Numbered from the stretch's first letter, positions 30,279 to 40,188 are shown. The stretch is 64,000 bases of DNA from Spirochaetia bacterium (GCA_963668315.1 OY764216.1:1248001-1312000); one strand, 5' to 3'. The notes: generated by a model not told the origin, from the sequence alone. Program-made: numbers and translations.

Positions 30279-31397
30279 ATGAAAGAATTTCCCCTGCTGA
30301 TTAAACCGGCCTCCGCCGATTGCAACTTGAGGTGTACCTACTGTTTTTATATCGATCATCTGGCTATGAACAAAAGCATTGGCGGAGGGGAGCCCCGCAT
30401 GAGTATTGGTGTCCTGGAAAAACTTGTCTCATCCTACATGAGTCTCCCCTTCAACCAGTATATTTTTAACTGGCAGGGGGGAGAACCGACTCTGATGGGA
30501 CTGGATTTCTTCAAAGAGGTCGTTCAGCTTCAGAAAATCTACGGACACCCGGGAGCTTCCGTAGGGAACGGTCTGCAGACGAACGGCGTATTGATCGATG
30601 ATGAGGCGGCCCGTTTTTACAATGATTACAATTTTCTTCTGGGAGTAAGCCTCGACGGCCCGGCCGTCCTTCATGACCATTACCGGAAATACCTGGGAGG
30701 CAAGCCGACGCACAGGCGGGTCATGCAGGGTATCGATCATCTGAGGAAGCATGAGGTGGCGTTCAACATCCTCTGCCTGGTCAATGACTTGGTGGTGATG
30801 CAGCCCGATAAAGTCTATGGTTACTACCGGGAAAAGGGTTTGAACTTTTTGCAGTTCATTCCCTGTGTCGAATATAATTCCCGGGGGGAAATGCTTCCCT
30901 TTTCCATTACCGGGGACCAGTGGGGTAAATTTCTCTGCCGGATTTTTGATCTGTGGAAGAGAAAGGACACCCGCCGCGTATCGATCCGTTTGTTCGACAG
31001 CATAATGAATTATCTCGTGGACGGCACCTGTACGAGCTGCGACATGGAGGATAACTGCTGCCAGTATTTTGTTGTGGAATACGACGGCGGCGTGTTTCCC
31101 TGCGATTTCCACGTCCGGGAAGATCTGCAGCTGGGAAATATCATGGACGATTCCTGGCAGAAACTGGCGTCCCATCCTCTCTACAGGGAATTCGGCAAGC
31201 GAAAACGCTGCTGGCCCTCCGCCTGCGACGGATGCGACTATCTGCCCTTATGCCACGGGGACTGCCTGAGAATGCGCGGTGTGGGAGACGATTTTCGGGA
31301 TATGAGCGTTCTCTGTGAAGGCTGGAAGATGTTTTATCAGCATAGTCTGCCCACGTTTATCCAGCTGGCGGAAGATATAAAGAAGATGAGGGGATAG
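30279..31397 (+). CDS. Anaerobic sulfatase-maturating enzyme (radical SAM/SPASM)
   Basis: KPASADCNLRCTYCFY, WQGGEPTL, QTNG, GVSLDGP; C-terminal Cys clusters (PCDF, CDGCDYLPLCHGDC). Confidence 0.94.
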   Translation: MKEFPLLIKPASADCNLRCTYCFYIDHLAMNKSIGGGEPRMSIGVLEKLVSSYMSLPFNQYIFNWQGGEPTLMGLDFFKEVVQLQKIYGHPGASVGNGLQTNGVLIDDEAARFYNDYNFLLGVSLDGPAVLHDHYRKYLGGKPTHRRVMQGIDHLRKHEVAFNILCLVNDLVVMQPDKVYGYYREKGLNFLQFIPCVEYNSRGEMLPFSITGDQWGKFLCRIFDLWKRKDTRRVSIRLFDSIMNYLVDGTCTSCDMEDNCCQYFVVEYDGGVFPCDFHVREDLQLGNIMDDSWQKLASHPLYREFGKRKRCWPSACDGCDYLPLCHGDCLRMRGVGDDFRDMSVLCEGWKMFYQHSLPTFIQLAEDIKKMRG

Positions 31398-31426
31398 GGT
31401 TTGTTGATTATTATGAGGAGTTATCT

Positions 31427-33955
31427 TTGAGAGTTCTGTTATCCATTATAAAGCTTATCCTGGCGGTTTCCTATCTTCTGTTTCTCTGCGGATGCCCTGT
31501 AGAAGCCGAAGGGACTGATCCAGTCGTTTCGACCGTCGCAGCGGATTTTTCGGGGCAGGAAGATGACTCGTACAGGGAAAAAGCCCTGGAGTATATGCAG
31601 GGATTATCTCCCTTTGAGAAACTTACCCTCGTGTCCGGTCCGGGTAATTATCTTCCCGTAAATAACAGGACCCCTGTGGACGGGACGGGCGGTTACATCA
31701 ATGGAGTTAAGAACGACAGGATGGATCTACCGGCTGTTGCCCTGGCAGACGGACCGGCGGGGATCCGCATCTCCCCGATCAGGCAGAATGACAGCCATAC
31801 CTATTATTCCACGGCCTGGCCGGTAGCAACCCTTCTGGCTTCATCATGGGACACCGAGTTAGTGCGTCAGGTGGGAGCCGCCATGGGGAACGAAGTAAAG
31901 GAGTACGGAGCGGGGATACTGCTGGCGCCGGGTATGAACATACAGAGGAATCCCCTTGGCGGAAGGAACTTTGAGTATTATTCGGAAGATCCTCTCCTGA
32001 CGGGAATGATGGCGGCCGCCATGGTTAAGGGTATTCAGTCCAACGGGGTAGGGGCTACCATGAAGCATCTGGTCGCCAATAATTCCGAAACCAATAGAAT
32101 GAGTATAGATACCATTTCCGATCCCCGAACCCTGCGGGAGATCTATCTGCGTAGTTTTCAGATAGCCCTGGAAGAATCCCGTCCCTGGGCTGTGATGTCT
32201 TCCTATAACAAGGTTAACGGGATCTATACGAACCAGAGAAGGGATCTCCTGACAGATATCCTAAGAACGGAATGGGGATTTGACGGGCTCGTCGTATCCG
32301 ACTGGTATGCGGGGAACGTATATAACGATCCCATGTCGGCGGTTCGTCAAATGGAAGCGGGAAATAATCTGATCATGCCCGGAGAGGTCATTTCCGTTCT
32401 GGGGCGGGCTTTGAAAAATAACTCCCTCTCCGAAGAGGTTCTGGAAGAGAATGCCGTGAGGGTTTTAACACAGGCTCTGAAGACGCCGTCTTATCAGAAT
32501 TACCCCTATTCCGATTCGCCCGATCTGGAAAGCCACGCTGCTCTTGCGCGAAGAGCGGGAGCGGAAGGTATGGTCCTTCTAAAGAATTCCAATTCTGCTC
32601 TCCCCATAGCCCGTTCGGCTAAAGTCGCTTTTTACGGCAGCGCCCAGTTCGCCACTTATAAAGGGGGAACGGGAAGCGGTAATGTGTCCTCTTCCTATGT
32701 CGTGAATATGGCGGACGGGATGAGATCCCGATTCAATATGAACACAGACCTTATGAAGTTCTACAAAGAGTATTATGAGACCAACAAAGTTGCGGTCAAA
32801 GACAGCTTTGTTCCCGAACTTTTGTATCGGATAGGCGAGACACCGGTTTCCGGGAATCATGAGCTGGAAATCCTTCTGGCCGATTCTGCCGACAAAGACG
32901 ATATGGCTTTGATCGGGATAAGCCGTTTTTCCGGAGAGTGGCAAGATCGTACGGATAAGCCGGGTGATTACCGCCTGACCGCAAGCGAGGAAGATATGAT
33001 TCTTCGTGTTTCCCGGGCATTTCATGATAAGGGAAAGAGAGTGGCGGTTATTCTCAATGTGGCCGGTGTTATTGATACGTCCCGATGGTCCGATGAAGTG
33101 GACGCGATCCTTCTGGCCTATATGGGCGGTCAGGAGACGGGGAACCAGATTGCCGATATTGTTTCCGGGGCCGTGAATCCGAGCGGCAAACTGGCTCAGA
33201 CATTTCCGCTTCGTTACGATGACGTTCCCAGTGCATCGACCTTCCCCGGAGTTGATTTTGATTACGATGGGAATCCGGATCGGATTGTCTATAACGAAGG
33301 GATCTATGTGGGATACCGGTACTATTCGACCTATGAAAAAGATGTGGCCTATCCCTTCGGATTCGGTTTGTCCTATACCACGTTTTCTTTCGATTCACCC
33401 CAAATCACAGAGCAAACTCTGATCGGAGAAGGGGGGACTCTTACCCTGTCCGTCTCCGTGAAAAATACCGGTTCTGTCCCGGGTAAAGAGGTGGCTCAGG
33501 TGTATGTCCGGGGATCATCGGGGCGTCTGGATAAACCTGTTGCCGAACTGAAAGCTTTTGCGAAAACAGATCTTCTGGAGCCCGGTCAGACCGAACTTCT
33601 TCGCTTTGATATTTCCACGGCCAAACTGGCTTCCTTTGATCCGGAACAGAACAGGTGGATACTTGAACCCGGAGAATACAGTGTCTATATTGCTCCTTCC
33701 TCTGATATCTCCGATACGGAACGCGTGACTTTTACTCTCCTGGAGGAAGTTGTTGTGGCAGAGACAACCGATTCCTTAAGCTTACCTGAAGGGACAGACG
33801 TATCGGATGTTATTACTATTCCCTTAATAAGCGAGGACACACACTTTTCGACGTCGGCCATGTCGGCGGTAGGTTCAAATCGGGCTACCACATTTCCTTT
33901 CCTGTCTACGACGAATTTGGTGAAGTTCCACTTGATTTCGGGATTATTCCTATAA
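31427..33955 (+). CDS. GH3 beta-glucosidase (probable lipoprotein); natural end probably near 33826
   Basis: DGPAGIR, GGRNFEYYSEDP, MKHLVAN, VVSDW, YPFGFGLSYT, FN3 tail; last ~43 aa are antisense to gpx. Confidence 0.9.
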   Translation: MRVLLSIIKLILAVSYLLFLCGCPVEAEGTDPVVSTVAADFSGQEDDSYREKALEYMQGLSPFEKLTLVSGPGNYLPVNNRTPVDGTGGYINGVKNDRMDLPAVALADGPAGIRISPIRQNDSHTYYSTAWPVATLLASSWDTELVRQVGAAMGNEVKEYGAGILLAPGMNIQRNPLGGRNFEYYSEDPLLTGMMAAAMVKGIQSNGVGATMKHLVANNSETNRMSIDTISDPRTLREIYLRSFQIALEESRPWAVMSSYNKVNGIYTNQRRDLLTDILRTEWGFDGLVVSDWYAGNVYNDPMSAVRQMEAGNNLIMPGEVISVLGRALKNNSLSEEVLEENAVRVLTQALKTPSYQNYPYSDSPDLESHAALARRAGAEGMVLLKNSNSALPIARSAKVAFYGSAQFATYKGGTGSGNVSSSYVVNMADGMRSRFNMNTDLMKFYKEYYETNKVAVKDSFVPELLYRIGETPVSGNHELEILLADSADKDDMALIGISRFSGEWQDRTDKPGDYRLTASEEDMILRVSRAFHDKGKRVAVILNVAGVIDTSRWSDEVDAILLAYMGGQETGNQIADIVSGAVNPSGKLAQTFPLRYDDVPSASTFPGVDFDYDGNPDRIVYNEGIYVGYRYYSTYEKDVAYPFGFGLSYTTFSFDSPQITEQTLIGEGGTLTLSVSVKNTGSVPGKEVAQVYVRGSSGRLDKPVAELKAFAKTDLLEPGQTELLRFDISTAKLASFDPEQNRWILEPGEYSVYIAPSSDISDTERVTFTLLEEVVVAETTDSLSLPEGTDVSDVITIPLISEDTHFSTSAMSAVGSNRATTFPFLSTTNLVKFHLISGLFL

Positions 33956-34365
33956 TCGGGATCTATTCCCTGTACGTGATTGTCCATGAATGCCGCGGTC
34001 TCTCCCTCGCCGAAGCCTTCGAAGCCTTTCTCGCTCTTAAGAAAATTGAACAGGGGGTGAGCCGTCTCCCCGTTTACATCGATTTTTTTCAACTGGGCGA
34101 AACGGGTTTTGTAATTAACCTGGCAGAACTGGTGAATCTCCTCATCGCTCCCCGGAGCCTGGCCGCCGAACTGATTACAGGGGAAGTCCAGTATTTCCAG
34201 ACCTTTATCATTATAAGATTCGTAGAGCTTTTCAAGGGCTTCATACTGGGGGGTGAAACCGCAGCCAGTGGCTGTGTTCACAATGAGAAGGACTTTGCCT
34301 CTGTGAGAATCCAGGGAGAACTCCTCTCCATTTCCCTGTTTTGCCGTATAATCGTATATACTCAT
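33685..34365 (-). CDS. gpx: Glutathione peroxidase family (Cys-type); natural end probably near 33815
   Basis: Start MSIYDY with AAGGAG RBS; NTATGCGFTPQY, FPCNQFGGQ, IKWNFTKF. Confidence 0.93.
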   Translation of the reverse strand: MSIYDYTAKQGNGEEFSLDSHRGKVLLIVNTATGCGFTPQYEALEKLYESYNDKGLEILDFPCNQFGGQAPGSDEEIHQFCQVNYKTRFAQLKKIDVNGETAHPLFNFLKSEKGFEGFGEGETAAFMDNHVQGIDPDYRNNPEIKWNFTKFVVDRKGNVVARFEPTADMADVEKCVSSLIKGIVITSDTSVPSGKLKESVVSATTTSSRRVKVTRSVSEISEEGAI

Positions 34366-34391
34366 CTGTGTCTCCTTAGCTTTATCGGATA

Positions 34392-34446
34392 ATATATCGC
34401 ACGCGATATATAGAGAGATAATATCGCGTGCGATAAAAAAGGTCAA
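34392..34446 (-). promoter_or_regulatory. gpx promoter (TTGACC-N17-TATTAT) with two TATCGC-N2-GCGATA palindromes
   Basis: Palindromes at 34392-34411 and 34422-34435; -35 at 34441-34446. Confidence 0.7.
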
Positions 34447-34460
34447 CCCTACAGGACGTG

Positions 34461-34889
34461 CTATGAATGGAATACCCGGTTACGTCCGTTTCTCTTCGCC
34501 TCGTAGAGTGCTTCATCCGATCGCTTCAGCAAATCTTCCACCGTCTCCCCTTCTTCCTGTTGGGTAACTCCCAGGCTGATTGTTATCTTTAGGGTGATCT
34601 TATCATAGGTGATGGCCATTTCTTCGATCTCTTCACGAATACGTTCGGCAACCGATAGAGCGGGGACAAGGAGCGTTTCGGGCAGGATGACGGCAAACTC
34701 CTCCCCGCCCAGTCGAGCGAAAATATCTATGCTTCGCAGAGCCGTTCTCACTTCCTGGGCCAAAGACTTGAGTACCCTGTCTCCTGCATCATGTCCGTAG
34801 GTATCGTTTATCCTTTTAAAATGATCTATATCAAACATGATGCAGCTGACCGGATGTCCGATTCTCCGGAGGCGGTTTTCTCTGACTTT
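34461..34889 (-). pseudogene. 5'-truncated GGDEF domain remnant
   Basis: RENRLRRIGHPVSCIMFDIDHFKRINDTYGH...RLGGEEF; GGDEF-like sequence runs upstream of the ATG at 34838 to three in-frame TAA; no RBS. Confidence 0.7.
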
Positions 34890-34961
34890 TTATTATTACA
34901 GGAGGGCCTAATTCAGAAGGAGGCTCAAAATCGTAATCGTCATGCTTCCATGCATTCGTTC

Positions 34962-35001
34962 TGTAGGAATCGTCCTACAGGAATTGACGTTATGATCCTA
35001 C
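34962..35001 (+). promoter_or_regulatory. TGTAGGA-N4-TCCTACA plus downstream TCCTAC (citC promoter)
   Basis: Same layout as 43985-44024. Confidence 0.75.
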
Positions 35002-35035
35002 TTACAGATAGGCAAACGAGCGCGAAAATATTTTC

Positions 35036-36082
35036 ATGTTTGCTGAGCAATACGATGTAAGAACATTGAATTTAGGAAGAGATGCAGAACGAGAGAGACT
35101 GAGGAAATTTCTTGAGAATGAGGGTTTGTCTCTGGATGCCGATCTTGACTATGTGGTTTGTCTCTTTGATGACGATAAAATCATCGCTTCCGGTTGCGCT
35201 TCGTCCAATGTGTTGAAGTGTATTGCCGTAAACAAAGAGTATCAGGGGCAGGCTCTAACCAATCGTATCATGTCTCTCTTAAGACTGAGAGCTTTTCACG
35301 AGGGCTATTCCTCTCTCTTTCTCTTTACCAAAAGCGAGAACGAGACTGTCTTCCGGGAGCTGGGGTTCTTTCTCCTTGCCCGGGCTCCCGGGGTTATTCT
35401 TATGGAGGATCGTGAAGACGGCTGGCGGCGCTACCTCGACAGCCTTGATATTCCCGAAGCCGGCAGAGGCGAATCGGCTTCCCTTGTCATGAACTGTAAT
35501 CCCTTTACTCTGGGACACCGGTATCTTATTGAAAAAGCCTGTCGGGAAAATGAGAGGGTCCATCTGTTTCTTGTGAAAGAGAACCTGTCTGTTTTCCCCT
35601 ATGACGTTCGTCTGCAGCTGGTCAGGGAAGGAACGGCGGACCTGGATAATCTGTATATCCATGAAGGCCGCGATTATATCATCTCTCACGCAACCTTTCC
35701 CACTTACTTCATTAAAGATAAAAAAATCATTAACGAAAGCCATGCCAGGATCGATCTGGACATTTTCTCCCGGCTTATTGCTCCGGAACTGAAGATCGTT
35801 AAGCGTTATGTGGGTGAGGAACCCTTTTGTCCGGTCACATCCCTCTACAACGGCATCATGGCGGAGATACTTCCCGAAAGGGGCATAGTACTAGTCGTAG
35901 TTCCCAGAAAGGAAACCGCCGACGGAGCGGTCAGCGCCACGAAGGTAAGACAGGCTCTTGCCGAGGAGAACTGGGACATTTTGAAAGAGTGGGTCACTCC
36001 CTCTACACTCCGGTTTTTACAATCGGAACAGGGGAGAAATATTGGAAATAAGATCAGAAAGCATCAGGAGGAATCGGAATGA
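35036..36082 (+). CDS. citC: [citrate (pro-3S)-lyase] ligase
   Basis: VMNCNPFTLGHRYL, YIISHATFPTYF, RYVGEEP, VSATKVR. Confidence 0.95.
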   Translation: MFAEQYDVRTLNLGRDAERERLRKFLENEGLSLDADLDYVVCLFDDDKIIASGCASSNVLKCIAVNKEYQGQALTNRIMSLLRLRAFHEGYSSLFLFTKSENETVFRELGFFLLARAPGVILMEDREDGWRRYLDSLDIPEAGRGESASLVMNCNPFTLGHRYLIEKACRENERVHLFLVKENLSVFPYDVRLQLVREGTADLDNLYIHEGRDYIISHATFPTYFIKDKKIINESHARIDLDIFSRLIAPELKIVKRYVGEEPFCPVTSLYNGIMAEILPERGIVLVVVPRKETADGAVSATKVRQALAEENWDILKEWVTPSTLRFLQSEQGRNIGNKIRKHQEESE

Positions 36083-36375
36083 AAATTGTGAAAACCGGTA
36101 TGGCCGGATCGCTGGAATCCAGCGATGTTCTGATAACAGTTGACAGTAATGCCGGAAAGGGCCGGGAGATCGGTTTGAACAGCATTGTCCAGAGACAGTA
36201 CGGAAAGCAGATACTGAAGGTTGTCGATGAAACGTTGGATCTCTTGTCGGTGGACGACATCAAAATCAAAGTAGAGGATAAGGGAGCTCTGGACTGTACG
36301 ATCAGGGCTCGCCTGGAAGCTGCCGTCTACAGAGCGGCGGGAAGCGAGACATATCCCTGGGAGAAATTAGTATGA
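36079..36375 (+). CDS. citD: Citrate lyase acyl carrier protein (gamma)
   Basis: AGSLESSD (prosthetic-group Ser), DKGALDCTIRAR. Confidence 0.96.
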   Translation: MKIVKTGMAGSLESSDVLITVDSNAGKGREIGLNSIVQRQYGKQILKVVDETLDLLSVDDIKIKVEDKGALDCTIRARLEAAVYRAAGSETYPWEKLV

Positions 36376-37274
36376 AGTTACGCAGAACCATGCTTTACGT
36401 GCCCGGCAATAATGCGGGTATGATGAAGGATGCCCATATTTATCGCTCCGATTCGGTCATGTTTGATCTGGAGGATTCCGTTTCGCTTAATGAAAAAGAT
36501 ACGGCTCGTTTTCTTGTTTTTAATGCCTTGAGTACACTGGATTATGAAGGAATTGAAACTGTTGTCCGCATAAACGGTCTGGATACGCCATTTGGACGTG
36601 AGGATCTCCGTGCCATGGTTAAAGCCAGGCCCGATGTCATCCGGCTTCCGAAGACAGAGACAGCCCAGGATGTGATTGATGTGGAGAAGATTCTGGAGAA
36701 GGAAGAAAAAGCCAACGGTATGGAAGTGGGTACCATAAAGATGATGGCAGCCATTGAAGGTCCCCTGGGTGTTTTGAATGCCTATGAAATAGCCATGGCT
36801 TCGAAAAGGCTGATTGGTATAGCACTGGGGGCGGAGGATTATGTCACAAGCATGAAAACGAAACGTTCCCCCGGCGGAATCGAACTTTTGTTCGCCCGCT
36901 CTCAGATTCTGGTAGCGGCCAGAGCCGCAGGGATCTACGCTATCGATACGGTCTATTCCGATGTTAATAACGATGAGGGATTTCTTGAGGAGGTCAAGTT
37001 GATCAAGCAGCTTGGTTTCGATGGAAAGTCTGTCATAACCCCCCGGCAGATCCAGCCGGTTCATCAGGTATATTGTCCCAGCGACAAGGAAATCGACCAT
37101 TCTATCCGGGTGATTCAGGCCATCAAGGAAGCGGAAAAGAAGAATTCCGGCGTCATCTCACTGAACGGAAAAATGGTCGACAAACCTATTGTAGACAGAG
37201 CCCGCCGCGTACTGGAGATGGCGAAGGCGTCCGGTATCCGCATTAATGAACTGGAGGAATACTGCCATGAGTAA
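36372..37274 (+). CDS. citE: Citrate lyase beta subunit
   Basis: RRTMLYVPGN, MFDLEDSV, ALGAEDY, LGFDGK. Confidence 0.96.
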   Translation: MKLRRTMLYVPGNNAGMMKDAHIYRSDSVMFDLEDSVSLNEKDTARFLVFNALSTLDYEGIETVVRINGLDTPFGREDLRAMVKARPDVIRLPKTETAQDVIDVEKILEKEEKANGMEVGTIKMMAAIEGPLGVLNAYEIAMASKRLIGIALGAEDYVTSMKTKRSPGGIELLFARSQILVAARAAGIYAIDTVYSDVNNDEGFLEEVKLIKQLGFDGKSVITPRQIQPVHQVYCPSDKEIDHSIRVIQAIKEAEKKNSGVISLNGKMVDKPIVDRARRVLEMAKASGIRINELEEYCHE

Positions 37275-38811
37275 AAATGCAATCGGAAGGGAGATCCCCG
37301 AAGAACTGAATGGAATGATATTGTCTCCCTTTGAGGGAGCGGTGAGCAGAACACCGTTGGTCCGCCAGGATAAGGGGAACAGAACCCTGCCCCGCCTTAA
37401 CAAGATGGTGGATACCATTGAGCAGGCCGTACTGAAATCCGGCTTGACCGACGAGATGACCATCTCCTTCCATCACCATTTCAGGGCGGGGGACTATGTC
37501 CTGAATATGGTCATGGATGTGATCTCTAATCTGGGGATTAAGGATCTGACGATTGCCTCCAGTTCGCTCTCATCCGTTCATGATGAACTTATCAGGCATA
37601 TTGAAAAAGGAACGGTGAAGAGGCTGATAACCAGCGGCCTCAGGGGGAAGCTCGCCGAGTTCGTATCGGCGGGAAAGATGGATGTTCCCGTCCTTTTCCA
37701 CAGTCACGGAGGCCGGGCCAGAGCCATAGAAGTGGGGGATATCAAGATCGACGTAGCCTTTCTGGGGGTCCCCTCCTGCGATGTTTACGGTAATGCCAAC
37801 GGTTATACCGGACCTTCGGCCTGCGGCTCTCTCGGTTATGCCATGGTGGATGCGAAACATGCCCATAAAGTCGTGCTCATTACCGATTTTATTACCGATT
37901 ATCCCAATACGCCCTTCAGCATTGATCAGGATCTGGTGGACTATATTGTCAAAGTGGATGCCGTGGGAGATCCCGAAAAAATCAGTACGGGCGCCACAAG
38001 AATCACCAAGAATCCCAAAGATCTGCTTATTGCGCAAAATGCGGCGGATTTTATAGCGGGAAGTCCCTATTTCGAGGATGGTTTTTCCATTCAGACAGGT
38101 TCGGGCGGCGCTTCTCTGGCTACTACGCGGTTTTTGACGGAGTATATGGAGAAGAAAGGAGTCACCTGCAGCTGGGCTCTGGGCGGGATTACCAGTCAGA
38201 TGGTCAAGATGCATGAAGCGGGACTGATCAAAAAACTGCTTGATGTCCAGAGTTTTGATCAGGACGCGATTGTCTCGATCGGCAGTAATCGGCTTCATAC
38301 GGAAATTGATGCGTCCTACTACGCCAATCCTCTGAATAAGGGTTGTGCCGTCAATAAGCTTAATGTTGTTATTCTGAGCGCTCTGGAAATTGATCTCGAT
38401 TTCAATGTTAATGTTCTCACCGGATCGGACGGGGTTATCATGGGAGCTTCGGGAGGTCATTCGGATACGGCTATAGGCTCGGGACTTTCCGTTGTCGTGG
38501 CTCCGCTTATCCGGGGAAGAACATCCACCGTAACCGAGAAAGTGCTTACGGTTATTACTCCCGGAGAGAGTGTTGACGTATTCGTTTCTGACCGGGGCAT
38601 AGCCATTAACCCGCGGAGAAAGGATCTGATAGAGCATTTCAAGAATGTCCGGCTTCCTTTCCATACGATGGGAGAGCTTCTGGACAAGGCGGAGCGGCTG
38701 GTGGGAAAACCGGAACCGATTGAATTCACCGACCGCATCGTCGGCCTGGTGGAGTACAGGGACGGAACCATTATCGATACGATCCGCCAGGTTAAAGGAC
38801 TGGAGTGCTAG
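37267..38811 (+). CDS. citF: Citrate lyase alpha subunit
   Basis: Start MSKNAIGRE at 37267; TISFHHHFRAGD, SHGGRARAI, GASGGHSD, YRDGTIID. Confidence 0.96.
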   Translation: MSKNAIGREIPEELNGMILSPFEGAVSRTPLVRQDKGNRTLPRLNKMVDTIEQAVLKSGLTDEMTISFHHHFRAGDYVLNMVMDVISNLGIKDLTIASSSLSSVHDELIRHIEKGTVKRLITSGLRGKLAEFVSAGKMDVPVLFHSHGGRARAIEVGDIKIDVAFLGVPSCDVYGNANGYTGPSACGSLGYAMVDAKHAHKVVLITDFITDYPNTPFSIDQDLVDYIVKVDAVGDPEKISTGATRITKNPKDLLIAQNAADFIAGSPYFEDGFSIQTGSGGASLATTRFLTEYMEKKGVTCSWALGGITSQMVKMHEAGLIKKLLDVQSFDQDAIVSIGSNRLHTEIDASYYANPLNKGCAVNKLNVVILSALEIDLDFNVNVLTGSDGVIMGASGGHSDTAIGSGLSVVVAPLIRGRTSTVTEKVLTVITPGESVDVFVSDRGIAINPRRKDLIEHFKNVRLPFHTMGELLDKAERLVGKPEPIEFTDRIVGLVEYRDGTIIDTIRQVKGLEC

Positions 38812-39665
38812 AAATGGCGGTTTGCACCTCTCCCCGTGAAATCTGTCTGGCCGGTGCGCCGGCTTCCGACGCCATGCGGGAAGAGGTCCGCCTCAGCCCC
38901 AAGCCGGGGCTTGTGGATTCCCTGGACAACGGGGCCCATCAGGATATGGATCTATCCCTTTTCCTTAGAAGCGCCGATGCCCTGGAATCCTATTTCAGAG
39001 AGATCACCGAAGCGGCGCCCTGCGGGGATGTCTCGTCGGTATTGCCCCGTCTCCGCCCCCTGGGGATTCGGGCGGAAAAACTGATGTTTGACGCCACGGG
39101 GGGAGTGAACACTCATAAGGGACAGATCTTTTCCCTGGGCGTCTGTACGGCGGCGGCTGTCAGGGTTGATGCCGCCGGGGAGATCCTTTCCGAAGCGGGC
39201 CGGATATGCCGGGGCTTGAAGGCGGAACTGATTCCGGCACGAACAGAAAGCCGGGTGCTGACGAACGGAGAAAAAACGTTCCGGGAAACGGGTACTACCG
39301 GTATTCGGGGCGAGGCGGAAGAGGGGTTTCCTTCGGTCGGCCTCTTCGCCCTTCCCGCTTTCAGAAAGGTTATCCGCGAAGGCGGATCAAGGGATGAGGC
39401 GGCTCTTGAGGCTCTTGTCACACTCATGTCCGTTGTGACGGACAGCAATGTCCTTCACCGGCGGGGCTGGGAAGGTCTGGCCCTTATGAGGTCGGAAGCG
39501 GAGAATTTCCTTTGTTCCGGAGGTATGGGGCAGAAGAACGCGAGGGGGAAACTGAAGGTTATGAATGAAATTTTCATCCGGGAGAATATCTCCCCCGGCG
39601 GATGTGCCGATCTTCTGGCGCTGACCCTTTTCATTAGCAGGATGGAGGGGGCTTTTCGTGGATGA
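38805..39665 (+). CDS. citG: Triphosphoribosyl-dephospho-CoA synthase
   Basis: PKPGLVD, GAHQDMD, GVNTHKG, TGIRGEA, ISPGGCADLLA. Confidence 0.93.
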   Translation: MLEMAVCTSPREICLAGAPASDAMREEVRLSPKPGLVDSLDNGAHQDMDLSLFLRSADALESYFREITEAAPCGDVSSVLPRLRPLGIRAEKLMFDATGGVNTHKGQIFSLGVCTAAAVRVDAAGEILSEAGRICRGLKAELIPARTESRVLTNGEKTFRETGTTGIRGEAEEGFPSVGLFALPAFRKVIREGGSRDEAALEALVTLMSVVTDSNVLHRRGWEGLALMRSEAENFLCSGGMGQKNARGKLKVMNEIFIRENISPGGCADLLALTLFISRMEGAFRG

Positions 39666-40188
39666 GCCGGTCTCTCTTGAGAGTATGCTCGCTGCCCGGG
39701 AGAGGAGAGCCGCCTTACGGCGGGAGTTTTTCCGCGGACGGGAAGAAAAGACCTGTCTTCTGCAGATTTCTGTGAATATCCCGGGGCCCGAGAAAAACAG
39801 CCCCATGATCAGGGATATTTTTGATGCCTCTGTTGCGGCGGTTCGGCAAGAGTTTCCCCGGGGAAAAATTCTTCCTTTCTCTTCCCGCCGCCTGAATACG
39901 GGACCGGAAGCCTGGCTGGCGATTCCTGTGCCGGCCTATGACGTGAAAGAGAAAACCGGTGTTCTGGAGGAGAATCATCCCTGGGGACGTCTCTGGGATA
40001 TCGATGTTTTTATCGACCCGGATCATAGTATCTCCCGCCGTGAAGCGGGACTGGGGGAAAGGTCCTGTTTCCTCTGCAATCGGCCCGCCCATGAATGCGC
40101 CCGTTCCAGAGCACATGACAAGGATGAATTGAAGGCGTTCATAGGGGAACTCTATGAGAAGAACCGAATCCTTCTTACTTCCCTCTGA
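39658..40188 (+). CDS. citX: Citrate lyase holo-ACP synthase
   Basis: MLAARERRA, NIPGPEK, TGPEA, GRLWDIDV, CFLC...CARSRAH. Confidence 0.93.
   Translation: MDEPVSLESMLAARERRAALRREFFRGREEKTCLLQISVNIPGPEKNSPMIRDIFDASVAAVRQEFPRGKILPFSSRRLNTGPEAWLAIPVPAYDVKEKTGVLEENHPWGRLWDIDVFIDPDHSISRREAGLGERSCFLCNRPAHECARSRAHDKDELKAFIGELYEKNRILLTSL

Noticed and set aside
34250..34280. Selenocysteine in Gpx (also considered for the peroxiredoxin-like protein)
   Set aside because: Active-site codons are TGC/TGT Cys; no in-frame TGA
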